Assembly: GCF_006345805.1 (NCBI RefSeq)
Contig: NC_043020.1
Location: 30,194,001 to 30,258,000 of the forward strand
Source: Octopus sinensis
Taxonomy: Eukaryota
Length of the DNA stretch: 64,000 nucleotides
Direction: 5' to 3'
Shown: positions 11,842-23,590 of the stretch, one piece after another
Layout: each line of letters begins with the position of its first letter
Numbering within the stretch: the stretch's first letter is position 1
Made by a program: the position numbers and the translations under genes
The notes under the pieces: generated by a model
Seen by the model: the letters and a program-made list of their open reading frames with translations, nothing else
Told to the model about the DNA's origin: nothing
The model's database searches: none

Positions 11842-14124
11842 GTAATATCTGTCTTAAAGATTTAACTACACCTTCATCATCATCCCTTTTTTCCATGCTG
11901 GCATGGGTTGGACAGTTCCACATGAACTGATGGTCAAGAGGACTGGACTGAGTTCCAATGTCTGCTTCGGCCTGGTTTTTGCCACCGGATTCCCATTCCT
12001 AATGCCAATCGCTTCACAATGTGTACTCGGAAGCTTTTTTTCTGTGGCACCAGCACTTGTTAGGTTGCCAAGTACTCCTGCAAGTCAGAAACCTTTTGAG
12101 TGATTGGGGTACTGTATTAAGGGAGGTGAGGGTATGATAGAGTGTAGGAAGAGGTGTCTTGCTGAAGAGGGCAATACATGACTTCCCCATCGCAAGGGAG
12201 AGAGAGAGGGAGATGTGAGATCAAGGTACAAGGGATGTGAGACAGAGAATATAGCGACAGAATAGAAAAGGTGGTTAGATAGGTGAAAAAAAAATGGCTA
12301 TAATAATCTGGCAGTGTGTCTCTTTGTCTGTGTGTCCCTTAACAGGTACATCAGAAGTAATTAGTTGCTATTATACTTTTACTATGTGTATTTCGTTAAA
12401 ATACTGACAGCTGATTACTTGTGTAGAAATGTGCATTTTATAGATTGTGTGTTTAGTTTTCCTTGTCCAAGTTTTGTAGAATTGAAACCTTGACTCTCAA
12501 GAAGTAGCTTTGAGACTGCCTTGATGCCCCTTCAGTAGGTTTCTCATGCAGGCTCAAAACATCTCAAAATCAAAGAGGAGAGATTTATGGAGACATTTCA
12601 CTTGACTCTACTTATTCTGGCTCATTGCAAGGTAGGCTTCACTGACCACTGCTGCAGTAATGAACAATAGACTTATATGGGAGACTTCCACATCTTGGTT
12701 GGAAACAGACACACAATGTGAAATTGAGGATGTATTAAAGTTATGGGGGAGAAGAGATTTCTGGATTAGCCCCGTGAAACGAGGATTCAACATCTGAAGA
12801 AGGAATGTGTCTCTGCGATTGTGTTTGCTGGTGTACATAATTTCAACCCGTTAGCATTCAAATTATTGTTTTGAATGTGTATGTGTGTGACCCCCTTCGT
12901 TCATGAAGGACCATGGAATTGCACCTAGAAAGTTACCCTCCGAGGCACAAGTCTGGGCAAAGTTGTTTATGGAAGACCAGCAGTCGCCCATGCATACCGG
13001 CCTCCCTTCTCCATGCCACCATTGTTATCCAAGGGAAAGGCAAAGGGGCCGATACAGCTTAGCACCATTGACGTCGCAGCTCATTTATTAACGTGCAAGT
13101 GGTTGAGTATTCCACAGACACATGTAACCTTAACGTAGTTCTCGGGGAGATTCAGTGTGTCTCAAATGCAATGCTTATTTATTCACATTGTTTTGAATTA
13201 ATCATGCTTTATCTTGTAGCTTCCAAGATTTTAATGGTGTGATTGCTTATTTTTAGAATGTCATTGTAGGACAGGTGTGAGAAGCCAGATTTGGCCAGCT
13301 TAAAAATAAAGCAGGGAGAATATTTGGGATGGACACGGTCCGGTTTAAATGCCAAAGAGTTAAAGGTATTCTATAGCTAATGAGGCAACCACTGTGCAAT
13401 TGGTCAACCTGCTAGTAATAAGCAGTCAAATAGCCCTCAAATCACACATATCAGCATCTGAGTTTGTTTGTAATTGAGTTTATTTATTATCAAGTTTTTG
13501 CATGTAAAGACTTGGAGAGCAAAACAGAACAACAAATATGAAACAACAGCCTTGGGAGCGAATTTGATGGATGGAAACAATACTTGTTGTATGGGTGTGT
13601 GTGTGTGTTTCTATCTCTTTGATAGTTGTAAATGAGTGTCACTGTTATACAAGCAGCGTCATTCATTCCCAGTGTTCTGTAGGAACATGTCTGGCTATGG
13701 TGGAATATTACTTTGCTTGGAAACAGACGAGGGTTGGCAACAGGAAGGGCATCCAGCTGTAGAAATACCTGCCTCAATAAATTGCATCTAACTGACTCTG
13801 TTGTACCTTGAGCAATGATCTTCACCTACAGTTCCAGGACCAATGAAACCCTTTATTTCCAATCTTCCATAAATGCATATTTGGTTGTGGGGGGAATATT
13901 GCTTTACTTGGAAACAGGTGAGGGTTTCTGACAGGACAGGCCTCCAGCTGTAGAAAATCGGCCTCAATAAAGTCCATCCGACCCATACAAAACATTAAAG
14001 CAATAATGAAAACACATTAAACAGTATATTTTATATATTTTTATATCTTGCTTCTTTGTTATTTTTTTAATTATTTTTTCTTTATATATTTTTTATATTT
14101 TTTCTTTTCTTTTCTTTTTTTCAG

Positions 14125-15142
14125 CTAAAGGCTCTGATATTCTACAAAATGCCATAACAATCTCTGGTATGTTAGCTTCTGATCCAACATCAGGGAATGT
14201 GAAGGAACCGTCCAAGGATAAACAACATTCTGCTCCTAAGAAACCAGCATCTGTGGAACTTGTTGCCGATAAAAGAACTTTAAAAGATGGCTCCTTTGCT
14301 AATTCTTCACCGCTGTCATCTTCTTCACCACCACCTCCACCACCATCACCATCACCACCACCACCACCACCATCACAACCATCATCATCATCATCACTAC
14401 CTTCATGTTCACTTTCTACACTACCATTGTCAATGTCACCATTACCATCATCATCATCAACAACAACAGCAGCTTTAACATCTACAACAACAATAACAAC
14501 AGCAACAACAACAGTCCCATTGACAGAACTGACCACAACTACTACTACTACTATTACCACCACCACCTCTGCAGACACATTCCTCTCTGAAAACCCTTCA
14601 AGGGATCCATCGTTATTATCAAATACTCAATCACCTGACCAGACTAAACAGTCGTCTGCAGAATCTGTATCCGTGTTAGAAACAGGCCCCAGTGTTGATG
14701 TGGCCCCTTCACCTTCACCTCCTGTTTCTCCTTCCACCACTGCCACCACCACCACCACCCCAGCTGATACAACCACCACCACTACTACTACTGCTGCCTC
14801 CACCACCACCACCACTACCACCACATCATCATCATCATCATCATCATCAAATCTTCCTATGAACAGTCTCTCTTTATTTACCCCCTCTTTCACCACTTCA
14901 CCCTGTCTGATCACTTCAGTGACCCAACCCAACTTTTACAGTATGGCCGGTTTGGCATTCACCCCAACAAAGACCTCGCCTAATATTTATCGAACTCCAG
15001 TGAAATCTTCCTCTCAGAAAGCTCCCCAACATTTGTACGAAACCTTAAATACTCCAGTGCGAGACAGAGATGCCCCCTTCTTTGACTCCCTGACTCCTTC
15101 AAAACAACTGGACTCGGATTATGCGAAATCAAAACGGAAACG
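14125..15142 (+). CDS. NPAT: NPAT-like coding exon 5 (S/T/P-rich, CDK sites)
   Basis: Long polypyrimidine acceptor and CG|GTATGT donor. Contains TPTK, TPVK, TPVR and TPSK, plus basic KSKRKR. Confidence 0.85.
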
Positions 15143-15260
15143 GTATGTCTGATAATCCAATCCGATTCAGGTTTTCTACCTCAGAAGTTCACTTGTTTGC
15201 AACATGTTTTAAATCACCATCATCATCATCATCATTGCTATTATTTTTCATTTCTTGTAG

Positions 15261-15369
15261 ATGTCCCCCGGAGAAAAGACCTCTGGATATTTTCACTGCT
15301 GGACCTTCCCAGTTACGAGCTGATTCCAGTAACAGTCAAGACGGCTCTTATAACAAAGATTCTATTCCT
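15261..15369 (+). CDS. NPAT: NPAT-like coding exon 6
   Basis: TTGTAG acceptor and GTAAGT donor, phase 2-0. Encodes CPPEKRPLDIF...DSIP. Confidence 0.85.
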
Positions 15370-15382
15370 GTAAGTGAAAAGT

Positions 15383-15670
15383 CTGCTTATTTTCTGGTGT
15401 TTTCATTGACCCCTAAATCAGCCCCGATGCTCTCCCTTCAGTCCATCACACCCTATTGGCCATCAACAACCTTTCTCTCTTCTCCTCTGTTGTCTTTGGG
15501 TTGTCTTTCCTCCTTCTCTTCAGTTGGATCCCTGCTTATTTTCTGGTGTTTTCATTGACCCCTAAATCACCCCTGATGCACTCCCTTCAGTCCATCACAC
15601 CCTATGACACATTGGCCATCAACAACCTTTCTCTCTTCTCCTCTGTTCTTGTCTCTGGGTTGTCTTTCCT
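15383..15670. repeat. Local tandem duplication, ~149-bp unit x2
   Basis: CTGCTTATTTTCTGGTGTTTTCATTGACCCCTAAATCA... starts at both 15383 and 15532. Confidence 0.85.
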
Positions 15671-16876
15671 GCTTTTCCAGCCCTGCCTCGTTATTCCAGC
15701 TCCACCTATTTTTAGGGTGTCCTCTCTCTCCTGCCTCCCTTGTGAGTTTCCTGATTGAGCTGGCTTATGATTAGAGTTGGTCAAGCCATGACTATTCTAT
15801 CGTATTGAATCTCAGGTACTTCATCAACTGATGCAGTGTTTCTCATGAGGTGTGAGGAGGCACTCATGGGGTTGGAGGGGCTGTGACGATTGAAAGTGGG
15901 TGGAGCTGACAAATTACCTGGCTAAACCTTTTTCCTCCAAAACTGTTGTCCTTCTGCTTAAATTAGAAATAATCGTTAAAGAGATGGGCACCAAAAATGT
16001 TTTACTAATTTGTTTGTTGGGGAAAACCTGGCATTTGTTGGTGTGAGGGTCACTTGTCTGATGTTTCCTTCTTCTGTTTTAAGTAGGGTGTATGATTTGA
16101 GGGAAATTTTAATAGACCAAGGCCTGCGTTATGTGTCACATCACTCTTTTGTTTTAATTATCTTTTATCTCCCTACTGGTTGCAGTCTTTAGATTGTGGC
16201 CATGCTGGGACACCACTTCGAAGCATTTTTAGTTAAATGAATTGACCCCAGGACTTCCAGTTGCCAAGCAGTGTATGTGTGTGTGTGGGGGGAACAAATG
16301 CAGATACAAAGACACACACACCCAGATATATATATATATATATATATGATGGGCTTCTTTTAGTTTCCATTTACCAAATCCACTGATATGACTTTGTTTG
16401 GCCTGAGGCTGTAGTAAAAGAAACTTGCCCAAGGTGTCATATGTTGGGACTGAACCCAGAACCATGTGGTTGGGAAGCTAGCTTCTTACCACACAGCCAT
16501 GTCTGTGTATGATTAGAGGGAATTTTGGCTGCTTCTTCTTCATTAGTTTATAACGACAAAGAGTTTGTAGAGAATTTCCAGCAGATCATTTGGAAGAAGG
16601 TGAAGCGAATGTACCTGGTGATGGCAGTGGCGGCTGCTGCTGCTGCCCCCTCTCCCCCTCACCTGTGCCGACCCACCCACACACAGCACTGGTATGGTTT
16701 TTTTCTTTGTCAACTCTGAAAGGCAAAGTCAACCGTGGCAGAATTTCAACTCAGAAAGTAAAGGTGGACTAAATACCACCAGGCATTTTGTTCGTTAGGC
16801 TAACGATTCTGCCAGCTCATGGTTTTTATGTCTTTTGTCTTTATTAACACGTTTTTTGTTTGTTTTGTTTTCACAG

Positions 16877-17056
16877 ACATTTGTTGAGAAAGTTATTTCT
16901 GAGACCAGCCTAGCGAAAGCGCTGGCCGCCAATATCAACAAGAAACTTTATGGTGATTCAAAGTTGGATTTAGCATCAAAGAATGGTGAACCGAAACAAG
17001 TGGAAGAGAAACAGCCTGCAGACTGTGATAAATTAATGGCTGATATATTATTGACT
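16877..17056 (+). CDS. NPAT: NPAT-like coding exon 7
   Basis: LAKALAANINKKL corresponds to the conserved NPAT/Mxc LAENINK motif. Canonical splice sites, phase 0-0. Confidence 0.92.
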
Positions 17057-17084
17057 GTGAGTATAACCAAGTTCTTTACCTGAA

Positions 17085-17370
17085 AAGCACAAAAAGTGGA
17101 CTAACTGAGAGAAAGTTGGACATAAGAAGCATCAGATGTGGTGTGCAAGGGAGATGGTATTGTCATATGTTGCATATGGATGAGGACAGCTGTGTGAAAA
17201 AGTGTCACACCCTAGCAGTAGAGGGAACTTGTGGAAGAGGTAGACCCAGGAAGACCTGGGATGAGGTGGTAAAGCATGACCTTTCAATGTTGGGCCTCAT
17301 GGAGGTGATGACAAGTGACCACGACCTTTGGAGACATGCTGTGCTTGAGAAGAGCCAAGTGAAACTGTAA
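17085..17370 (+). mobile_element. RTE-clade LINE 3' fragment
   Basis: Reads WYCHMLHMDEDSCVKK...GRGRPRKTWDEVVKHDL...DLWR. Confidence 0.8.
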
Positions 17371-17878
17371 CCGTGGCTTATGCTAGTGCAGCATAACCAG
17401 CCCATTTAAGAGTACTCTTCAATCATTGGGCATTAAACTCTGCTTGTGAAGACCTGTTGAGGCAAGTGAAGTCATGGTGGCCAATGACTGTACTGCCTGA
17501 TTGGCACCCAATGTAAAAAGCTCTATTTGAGTGTGGCCGATGCCAGTACTGCTTGACTGGCCCTCATGTTGGGGGCACATAAAAAGCACCCACTACACTC
17601 TCAGTGATTGGCATTAGGCAGGGCATCCAGCTGTAGAAACATTGCCAGATTGGATTGGAGTCTGGTGCAGCCTTCTGGTTCGCCAGCCCTCAGTCAACCT
17701 GTCCAACCCATGCCAGCATGGAAAGTGGACGTTAAACGAAAACGATGACGATGATGGTGGTTGGTGTAATGTTAGATTTGCATTGGTTTGTTATTTGTAC
17801 TTCTCTGAAAATTACAACTTACAAGCAGTGATGTTATGTCTCCTGGCAACAGATTGTCCATTGGGTTTGCGTCTTTAA

Positions 17879-18049
17879 CCCCTTACCCGGCAGAAACGAA
17901 TATATGCGTTTTGACTGAAATCGTTTTTTTCTATCTCTGGCGAGTTAACTCGTCAAAAGATAAACTCGCCAAAACATAGTAAAATAAAACAATTAAAAAA
18001 TATGTCTGAAAAAATACATTTATTTTCAAAATAATTGTTGGGTAAGGGG
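17879..18049. mobile_element. piggyBac-like MITE
   Basis: TTAA|CCCCTTACCC ... GGGTAAGGGG|TTAA: terminal inverted repeats with a TTAA target duplication. Confidence 0.75.
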
Positions 18050-18175
18050 TTAAAGATGTGTGAAGTAAAAGTTACCCTACTTGCAAAACAAGTAACCTTT
18101 CATGACATTCAGGACATCCGGCTGTTAAACAATAATATATTCAGTTCTGTATTTAAGAGATGAAGAATTATTTAC

Positions 18176-18540
18176 ATTATTGACATTTGACGGATATTTG
18201 TCCCTCATCTTGTTTGTTGTTAACACAACGTTTCAGCTAATATACCCTCCAGCCTTCATCAGGTGTCTTGGGGAAATTTCGAACCTGGGTTCTCATTCTT
18301 AAGGTATTTTTCAATGTTATTATTATTATTATTATTGAGCTGCAAACCCCAACATTACGAGTTTAATTCCAGGCAGTGACCTGAACAATAATAATAATAA
18401 CATTGAAAAATACCTTAGGAATGAGAACTGAGGTTCGAAATTTCCCGAAGACACCTGATGAAGGTTGGAGGGTATATTAGCTGAAACGTCGTGTTAACAA
18501 CAAACAAGATGAGGACAAATATCTGTCAAATGTAAATAAT
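18176..18540. mobile_element. Fold-back (inverted Penelope-like pLTR) element with ~160-bp arms
   Basis: Arms ~18176-18336 and ~18387-18540 are reverse complements of each other, and each carries a hammerhead core. Confidence 0.75.
18450..18495 (+). ncRNA. Minimal type I hammerhead ribozyme motif (mirror copy on - strand at 18222-18267)
   Basis: GACAC-CTGATGA-A-GGTTGG(AGGGTATA)TTAGCT-GAAA-CG-TC-GTGTT. Stem I is GACAC/GTGTT, both core boxes are present, and the cleavage triplet is GUC. Confidence 0.65.
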
Positions 18541-18661
18541 ATATTCATCTAACCCATGCTAGCATGCAAAAATGAATGTAAACACAAATGACTTATAAAA
18601 TGGTTTCCTTAGCCTGGAAACAACCCTTCCAGATCTGGCAGACATAAGAATAGCTATGTGT

Positions 18662-18802
18662 TTAAGGTTAGATTTTCCATAGAAATTATAACCAGAACTA
18701 ATTTTTGTTATGACATTTCATATCCAAGACAGATATGAAACATCGTAACAAAACTGAGTGCTGGTTGTAATTTCTATGGGAAATTTGTAGGGATAACCTT
18801 AA
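18662..18802. repeat. Imperfect hairpin / MITE-like element
   Basis: TTTCCATAGAAATTATAACCAG...TTTCATATC pairs with GATATGAAA...CTGGTTGTAATTTCTATGGGAAA. Flanked by TTAAGGTTA and TAACCTTAA. Confidence 0.7.
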
Positions 18803-19148
18803 CGAGTGATGTAAAAAGCACTGCTGACACAGTAGGACATGGCATTGACTTGTAAAACATTTAATATACTTCAGAATATAATTTGGTTGCCTAATGAAAT
18901 ATCGTGTCCCTACAAGTCATTAATAACACTGAGGAAGTTTATTAAGACTGAAACATGTCCAAGGTTGTTCTGTTTGCCAAAGATCAGACTAGCTTCTTTG
19001 TTACCATATTTCTGTTGAAATATTTTGCCTTTGTTTGAATTCCGGCTTGGAAAATGAATGTTAAATGATGGTGATGATGATATCTTTGAAAGTGTTAAAG
19101 CGTTTTGGTTTTAATGAAATCTTTTTCTCTCTCTTTCTCTTCTCCTAG

Positions 19149-19248
19149 GACTTCCATATGACCAAAGATGACATTGAAGAAGTTATCAACCAGACAAGCA
19201 ATGATGGCATTCCAGTTCTCGATGATCTTATCAAACTCTTTTCATCTG
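19149..19248 (+). CDS. NPAT: NPAT-like coding exon 8
   Basis: DFHMTKDDIEEVINQTSNDGIPVLDDLIKLFSS aligns with the vertebrate HMSEEAIQDILEQTESDPAFQALFDLFD block. Confidence 0.9.
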
Positions 19249-20255
19249 GTAAAATATTTTCTTCTTTTAAGGTGGTGAGCCAGCAGAATCCTTAGCACGC
19301 CGGGTGAAATGCTTAATGGTATTTTGTCTGTCTTTACATTCTGAGTTCAATTTCCACCAAGGTTGACTTTGCCTTTCATCCTTTCGAGGTTGATAAATTA
19401 AGTACCAGTTGTGTACTGAGGTCAATCTATTTGACTGGGCCCCTCCCCCCAAATTTCAGGCCTTGTGCCTAGAGTAGAAAAGAATATTGTTTTCTTCTAT
19501 TTTGAGATTTCCGTTCAATCTCTTAATATTATTATTGTTGGTTAATTTAACCATTTACAACCAGGAACCAACGACCCTGACATGTCAAAGAATCGCTTGA
19601 AATTTATTGTTTGTCTTTTACTTGTTTCGGTCATTTGGGCTATGGCCATACTGGGGCACTACTGCCTTGAAGGGTTTTAGTTGAATGAATTGACCCCAGG
19701 ACCTATTTTCTTCCATTTTAAGTCTGGTATTTATTTCAATTGTCTTTTTGCTGAACTGCTAAGTCATGGGAACAGAAACAAACCAACACTGGTTGTCAAG
19801 CAGTGGTAGGGTGTGTGACTAATACACATACACACACACACTCTCTTTCTCTCTCAGTATTCTTCTAGCCATTATTTATTGTCTCTCTTTAACCAATTCC
19901 AACAGCTTGCCTTCTCCACTGCCACCTGGATGTCATTTGTGATGGTATTTACTTTACAATAAGTTCCGCCTAGCAACAGCAACCATCACCTCATTCCGTT
20001 TCCAAGGAATCCTCTACATCCAACTTCGATTGGATAATACTCTGCTTTCCAGCTTTTGTCTTCACATTCCTTGTGGAGGTGTTTAATCCTAAGCATCAGG
20101 ATTAAATAGCAACAGTTCTTAGAGTCCATTTTCTGTATTAAAGTCCATTGTTGTGACATTCAAAGCATTTTATTCTTTACAAACAATATACAATGCTTCA
20201 AGCAAACTACAATACTCTCTTATTTGATATGTTTTTTTTTTTAATATTTTCCCAG

Positions 20256-20420
20256 TTTCCGATGAAGGCATCTCTGATGATAATTCTTATCAAGGTATTG
20301 AACTAGAAGAAACCAATTCTTATTCCAGTAACCTTCACAAAGACACTGGACAACGGTCAAAAATGTCTTCTCTTGAAAATGCTAATGCCATCCATACCAG
20401 TTCTTCCAATGAGGAAAACC
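20256..20420 (+). CDS. NPAT: NPAT-like coding exon 9
   Basis: CCCAG acceptor and C|GTAAG donor. Open 165-nt frame, phase 1-1. Confidence 0.83.
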
Positions 20421-21113
20421 GTAAGAAAATTCTTTCCTTTTTTTTCTTTCTTTTCTTGATTGTGTTTTTGTTCAAATTATTTTAATGAGTTAAGGACATA
20501 ATTTCCTTCTCTTTCTCTGAATCTTACTGACCCAACTGACCATTGTAGATGACTCTCTGCCAGTTTTGGCAATTTGTGTTTCAATGGTTTTTAATCCTGT
20601 CTAGTGTGCAGAAATCCTCCTCACAAAAGTAGGAAAGTATTCAAGTTGGGTGGAGAACCAGTTTAGTCTGTGATCACTTGACCATGGAACAGGTTCTTCA
20701 TTCTACCAATTCATCTGCTCACTTCACACTTTCTGAGCCACATCAAATAAAGAATCCCTTACTTGAAAAAAAAAAGAAAAGATGGTAAGGGTTAGCAACA
20801 GGAAAGGCATCTGACTGTAAAAGAAATATAATGAGAAATACTGAAATCCATAAATTTCAGTATTTATAGAAATAGTTATTTGTGCAAAAATGTGTATCCG
20901 TTGTGCGGAAGCCATGAGAGTCTTTGAATCTACATTCACATTACTACAGTACACATTCATCCACTACGGGGGGTGTGGTGTGGGCCTCCTAATACTGCAC
21001 TACTGTGGGTGTGTCTTCTTATATTTTGGCTCCATCTTCTCTACTGTGGGTGTGTCTTCACCAACAACTTCTCTCACCACTGTATTTTGATTATTTAATA
21101 TATAATCCAAAAT

Positions 21114-21327
21114 AAGGCGGCGAGCTGGCAGAATCGTTAGCATGCCGGGTGAAATGCTTAGTGGTGTTTCTTCTGTCTTTATGTTCTGAGTTCAAATTCC
21201 GCCGAGGTTGACTTTGCCTTTCATCCTTTCGGAGTTGATAAATTAAGTACCAGTTGCATACTGGGGTCGATCTAATTGGCTGGCCCTGTCTCCCCAAATT
21301 TCAGACCTTGTGCCTAGAGTAGATAAG
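21114..21327 (+). mobile_element. tRNA-headed SINE with Nin/Deu-like core; full-length copy with 17-bp TSD
   Basis: A/B-box-like head TGGCAGAATCGTTAG...GAGTTCAAATTCC and core GCCTTTCATCCTTTCGG..TGATAAA. AATATATAATCCAAAAT is duplicated at 21097-21113 and 21328-21344. Other copies near 1450-1665(-), 6160-6370, 19269-19485, 28955-29187(-), 39860-40050, 44513-44730 and 55230-55452(-). Confidence 0.85.
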
Positions 21328-21388
21328 AATATATAATCCAAAATGCTTCACATAAAAATTTAAAAAAACTTCTTTTTCTGTTTTGAAG

Positions 21389-22984
21389 GAATAAATCGGA
21401 AAGCACCGAGAACATTCTTACAAATTGTTGATAAACTTTGTCCAGATGAGTCCAGTTCACATTCTCAAGACAATTCTTTAGACCAGAATTCTATTGAGGA
21501 GAAACAACAAGATGATGAAGTACCATCATCTTGTAATATTTCCAGCCCAACGGATAATCAACCTGATGTACAAACTGTGGAAAGTTCCAGCAAAATCGGT
21601 GAAATATTACCCAGTGAAACCGAGTCTGAACATTTACCTGCCATTCAAAATAAAAGCAAAGATTCTAAGACTTGCAAAAATTTCACTTCAATGGAAGGAA
21701 GAGAAGGCAATTCAATTCAGTCTCCTGTTTTAGATAACCAAGTTTCATCACCACAAATGTCTACTGCAAAGGAGGTGTCTTCTGCTGCAGTGGGTGTGTC
21801 TTCTGCTGCAGTGGGTGTGTCTTCTGCTGCAGCGGGTGTATCTTCTACTGCAGTGGGTGTGTCTTCTACTGCAGTGGGTGTGTCTTCTACTCCAGCAGGT
21901 GTGTCTTCTACTGCAGTGGGTGTATCTTCTGCTGCAGTGGGTGTGTCTTCTACCACTACTACTCTCTCTACTGATACAGTAATACAACCTACTGATGATG
22001 TAAGAGACTTCTGTGAGCATCTCTTAACCAACACCTCAGCATCTCCTTCGTCCTCTTGTGTGCAACAGACCTCCAGTTCCAATTCTTCAAAAGGACTGAA
22101 ATGTCCAGTGAAAACAACCGCAGTTGCACGTCTTACATATACATCAGCTTCAACCAGCACTGCAGAAGGAACTACACCTGTGGCCTCCAAAAGCAATTCT
22201 TTGAAAGCATCTGATGCTCCCCAGCCTGTGCCAGTGGCACAGATCACAAATAGTAATTTACGAGTTCTGTCTCACACAAAAGACACGTCAGGAAACAATG
22301 TCCCTTTCACATTGTCCCTTCCGTTTCAGCCAGTCCAGTGTCTGACCTCTACAGTAGTCCCTTCAACTAATCACTCTTTTGTTTTGTTAACTCCTTCAAA
22401 AATACGACCCCCTTCTGCTGACAGTAATTGTGAACAACCTGTTCCAAAAGGTGGCAATGAAATTATCAACACCCCATCTGTAGCTCCAGCCCCTAATTCC
22501 TTTCCCTCAAATGTTCATGTTGTGAGGCTGCAACCTAACAACACCCTGCAACCTTCATCACTAAATGCTTTCTCCTTAAAGAATGTGCCTTCTGCAGTGA
22601 AATTAATTGATCAGTTACCCAGTGGAGCTCCTAATTACTCCAATGTGAACGTTGCTGTCACAACGGCTGTTGTTCCGTCTCAAGTAACAACTGCAATTTT
22701 CAACCCCCTCCAATCCCAACCTTGTGTTACTAATATGATGGCCTCTCAACCGATTGCATCATTTATTCCTGTTACTAATTGCATTCTGCAATCCAACCAA
22801 ACGAGAACTCGCAGAGTTTCAAAACCAGACAGCATCAAAAAGAGGAAAAGTCGACAACCAACAGACGCATCTTCTGCAACGCAAAAGAAACTTCAACCAA
22901 TTGCTATGATGAAGCCAGCCGCAAGTTTGATGCCATCCAAAGTCGTCACTTTGAGTTTACCAATCGTCTCTGAAGAAACCATTG
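21389..22984 (+). CDS. NPAT: NPAT-like coding exon 10 (long disordered S/T/P/V-rich region)
   Basis: TTTTGAAG acceptor in frame with the 486-aa ORF and G|GTATGT donor, phase 1-1. Confidence 0.85.
21775..21952 (+). repeat. Coding 21-bp minisatellite (VSS[A/T]AVG, ~8 copies) in NPAT exon 10
   Basis: Unit GTGTCTTCTRCTGCAGTGGGT. Confidence 0.9.
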
Positions 22985-23036
22985 GTATGTTCCATATTTC
23001 TCTCAAGTTTTCAAATAGATTCAGGAAGAATCTATA

Positions 23037-23590
23037 GGCATAGGAGTGGCTGTGTGGTAAGTAGCTTGCTTACAAGCCACATGGTTCCGGGTTCAGACCT
23101 TGGGCAAGTGTCTTCTACTATAGCCTCAGGCCAACCAAAGCCTTGTGAGTGGATTTGGTAGACGGAAACTGAAAGAAGCCCGTTGTATATATGTGTGTGT
23201 GTATATATATATATATATAATTTAGAAATAGGATAAAATCTTTATAAGAATTTATTAAGTAGTTAGTGTGAAAAACCTCATAAGAGAAAAAACCAATTTT
23301 TTCTTTTAAATTTATTTATTTATATTATATAGAGGGCACTATTACACATAGATGTCTCATACTAGGAGGGACATATATGTATGTGTGTTTGTGTATCTGT
23401 GTTTTTTCTCCAACATTGCTTGACAACCGATGCTGGTGTGTTTACATCCCCGTAACTTAGCAGTTCGGCAAAAGAGACCAATAGAATAAGTACTAGGCTT
23501 ACAAAGGATAAGTCCTGGGGTCGATTTGCTCGACTAAAGGCGGTGCTCCAGCATGGCCACAGTCAAATAACTGAAACAAGTAAAAGAGTA
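23037..23590 (+). mobile_element. Second tRNA-derived SINE family (GGAGTGGCTGTGTGGTAAG head, internal microsatellite)
   Basis: A recurrent body GGGCAAGTGTCTTCTACTATAGCC...GGAAACTGAAAGAAGCCC also occurs near 2776, 16330-16505(-), 24183, 26693, 55470-55617(-) and 61720. Confidence 0.8.

Noticed and set aside
14093-14932. Antisense poly-Val/Gly/Asp ORFs and an alternative-frame poly-His ORF
   Set aside because: Shadow frames of trinucleotide repeats within NPAT exon 5.
23037-23110. tRNA genes at SINE heads
   Set aside because: A/B boxes are present but no complete cloverleaf, and the sequence continues into multi-copy SINE bodies.
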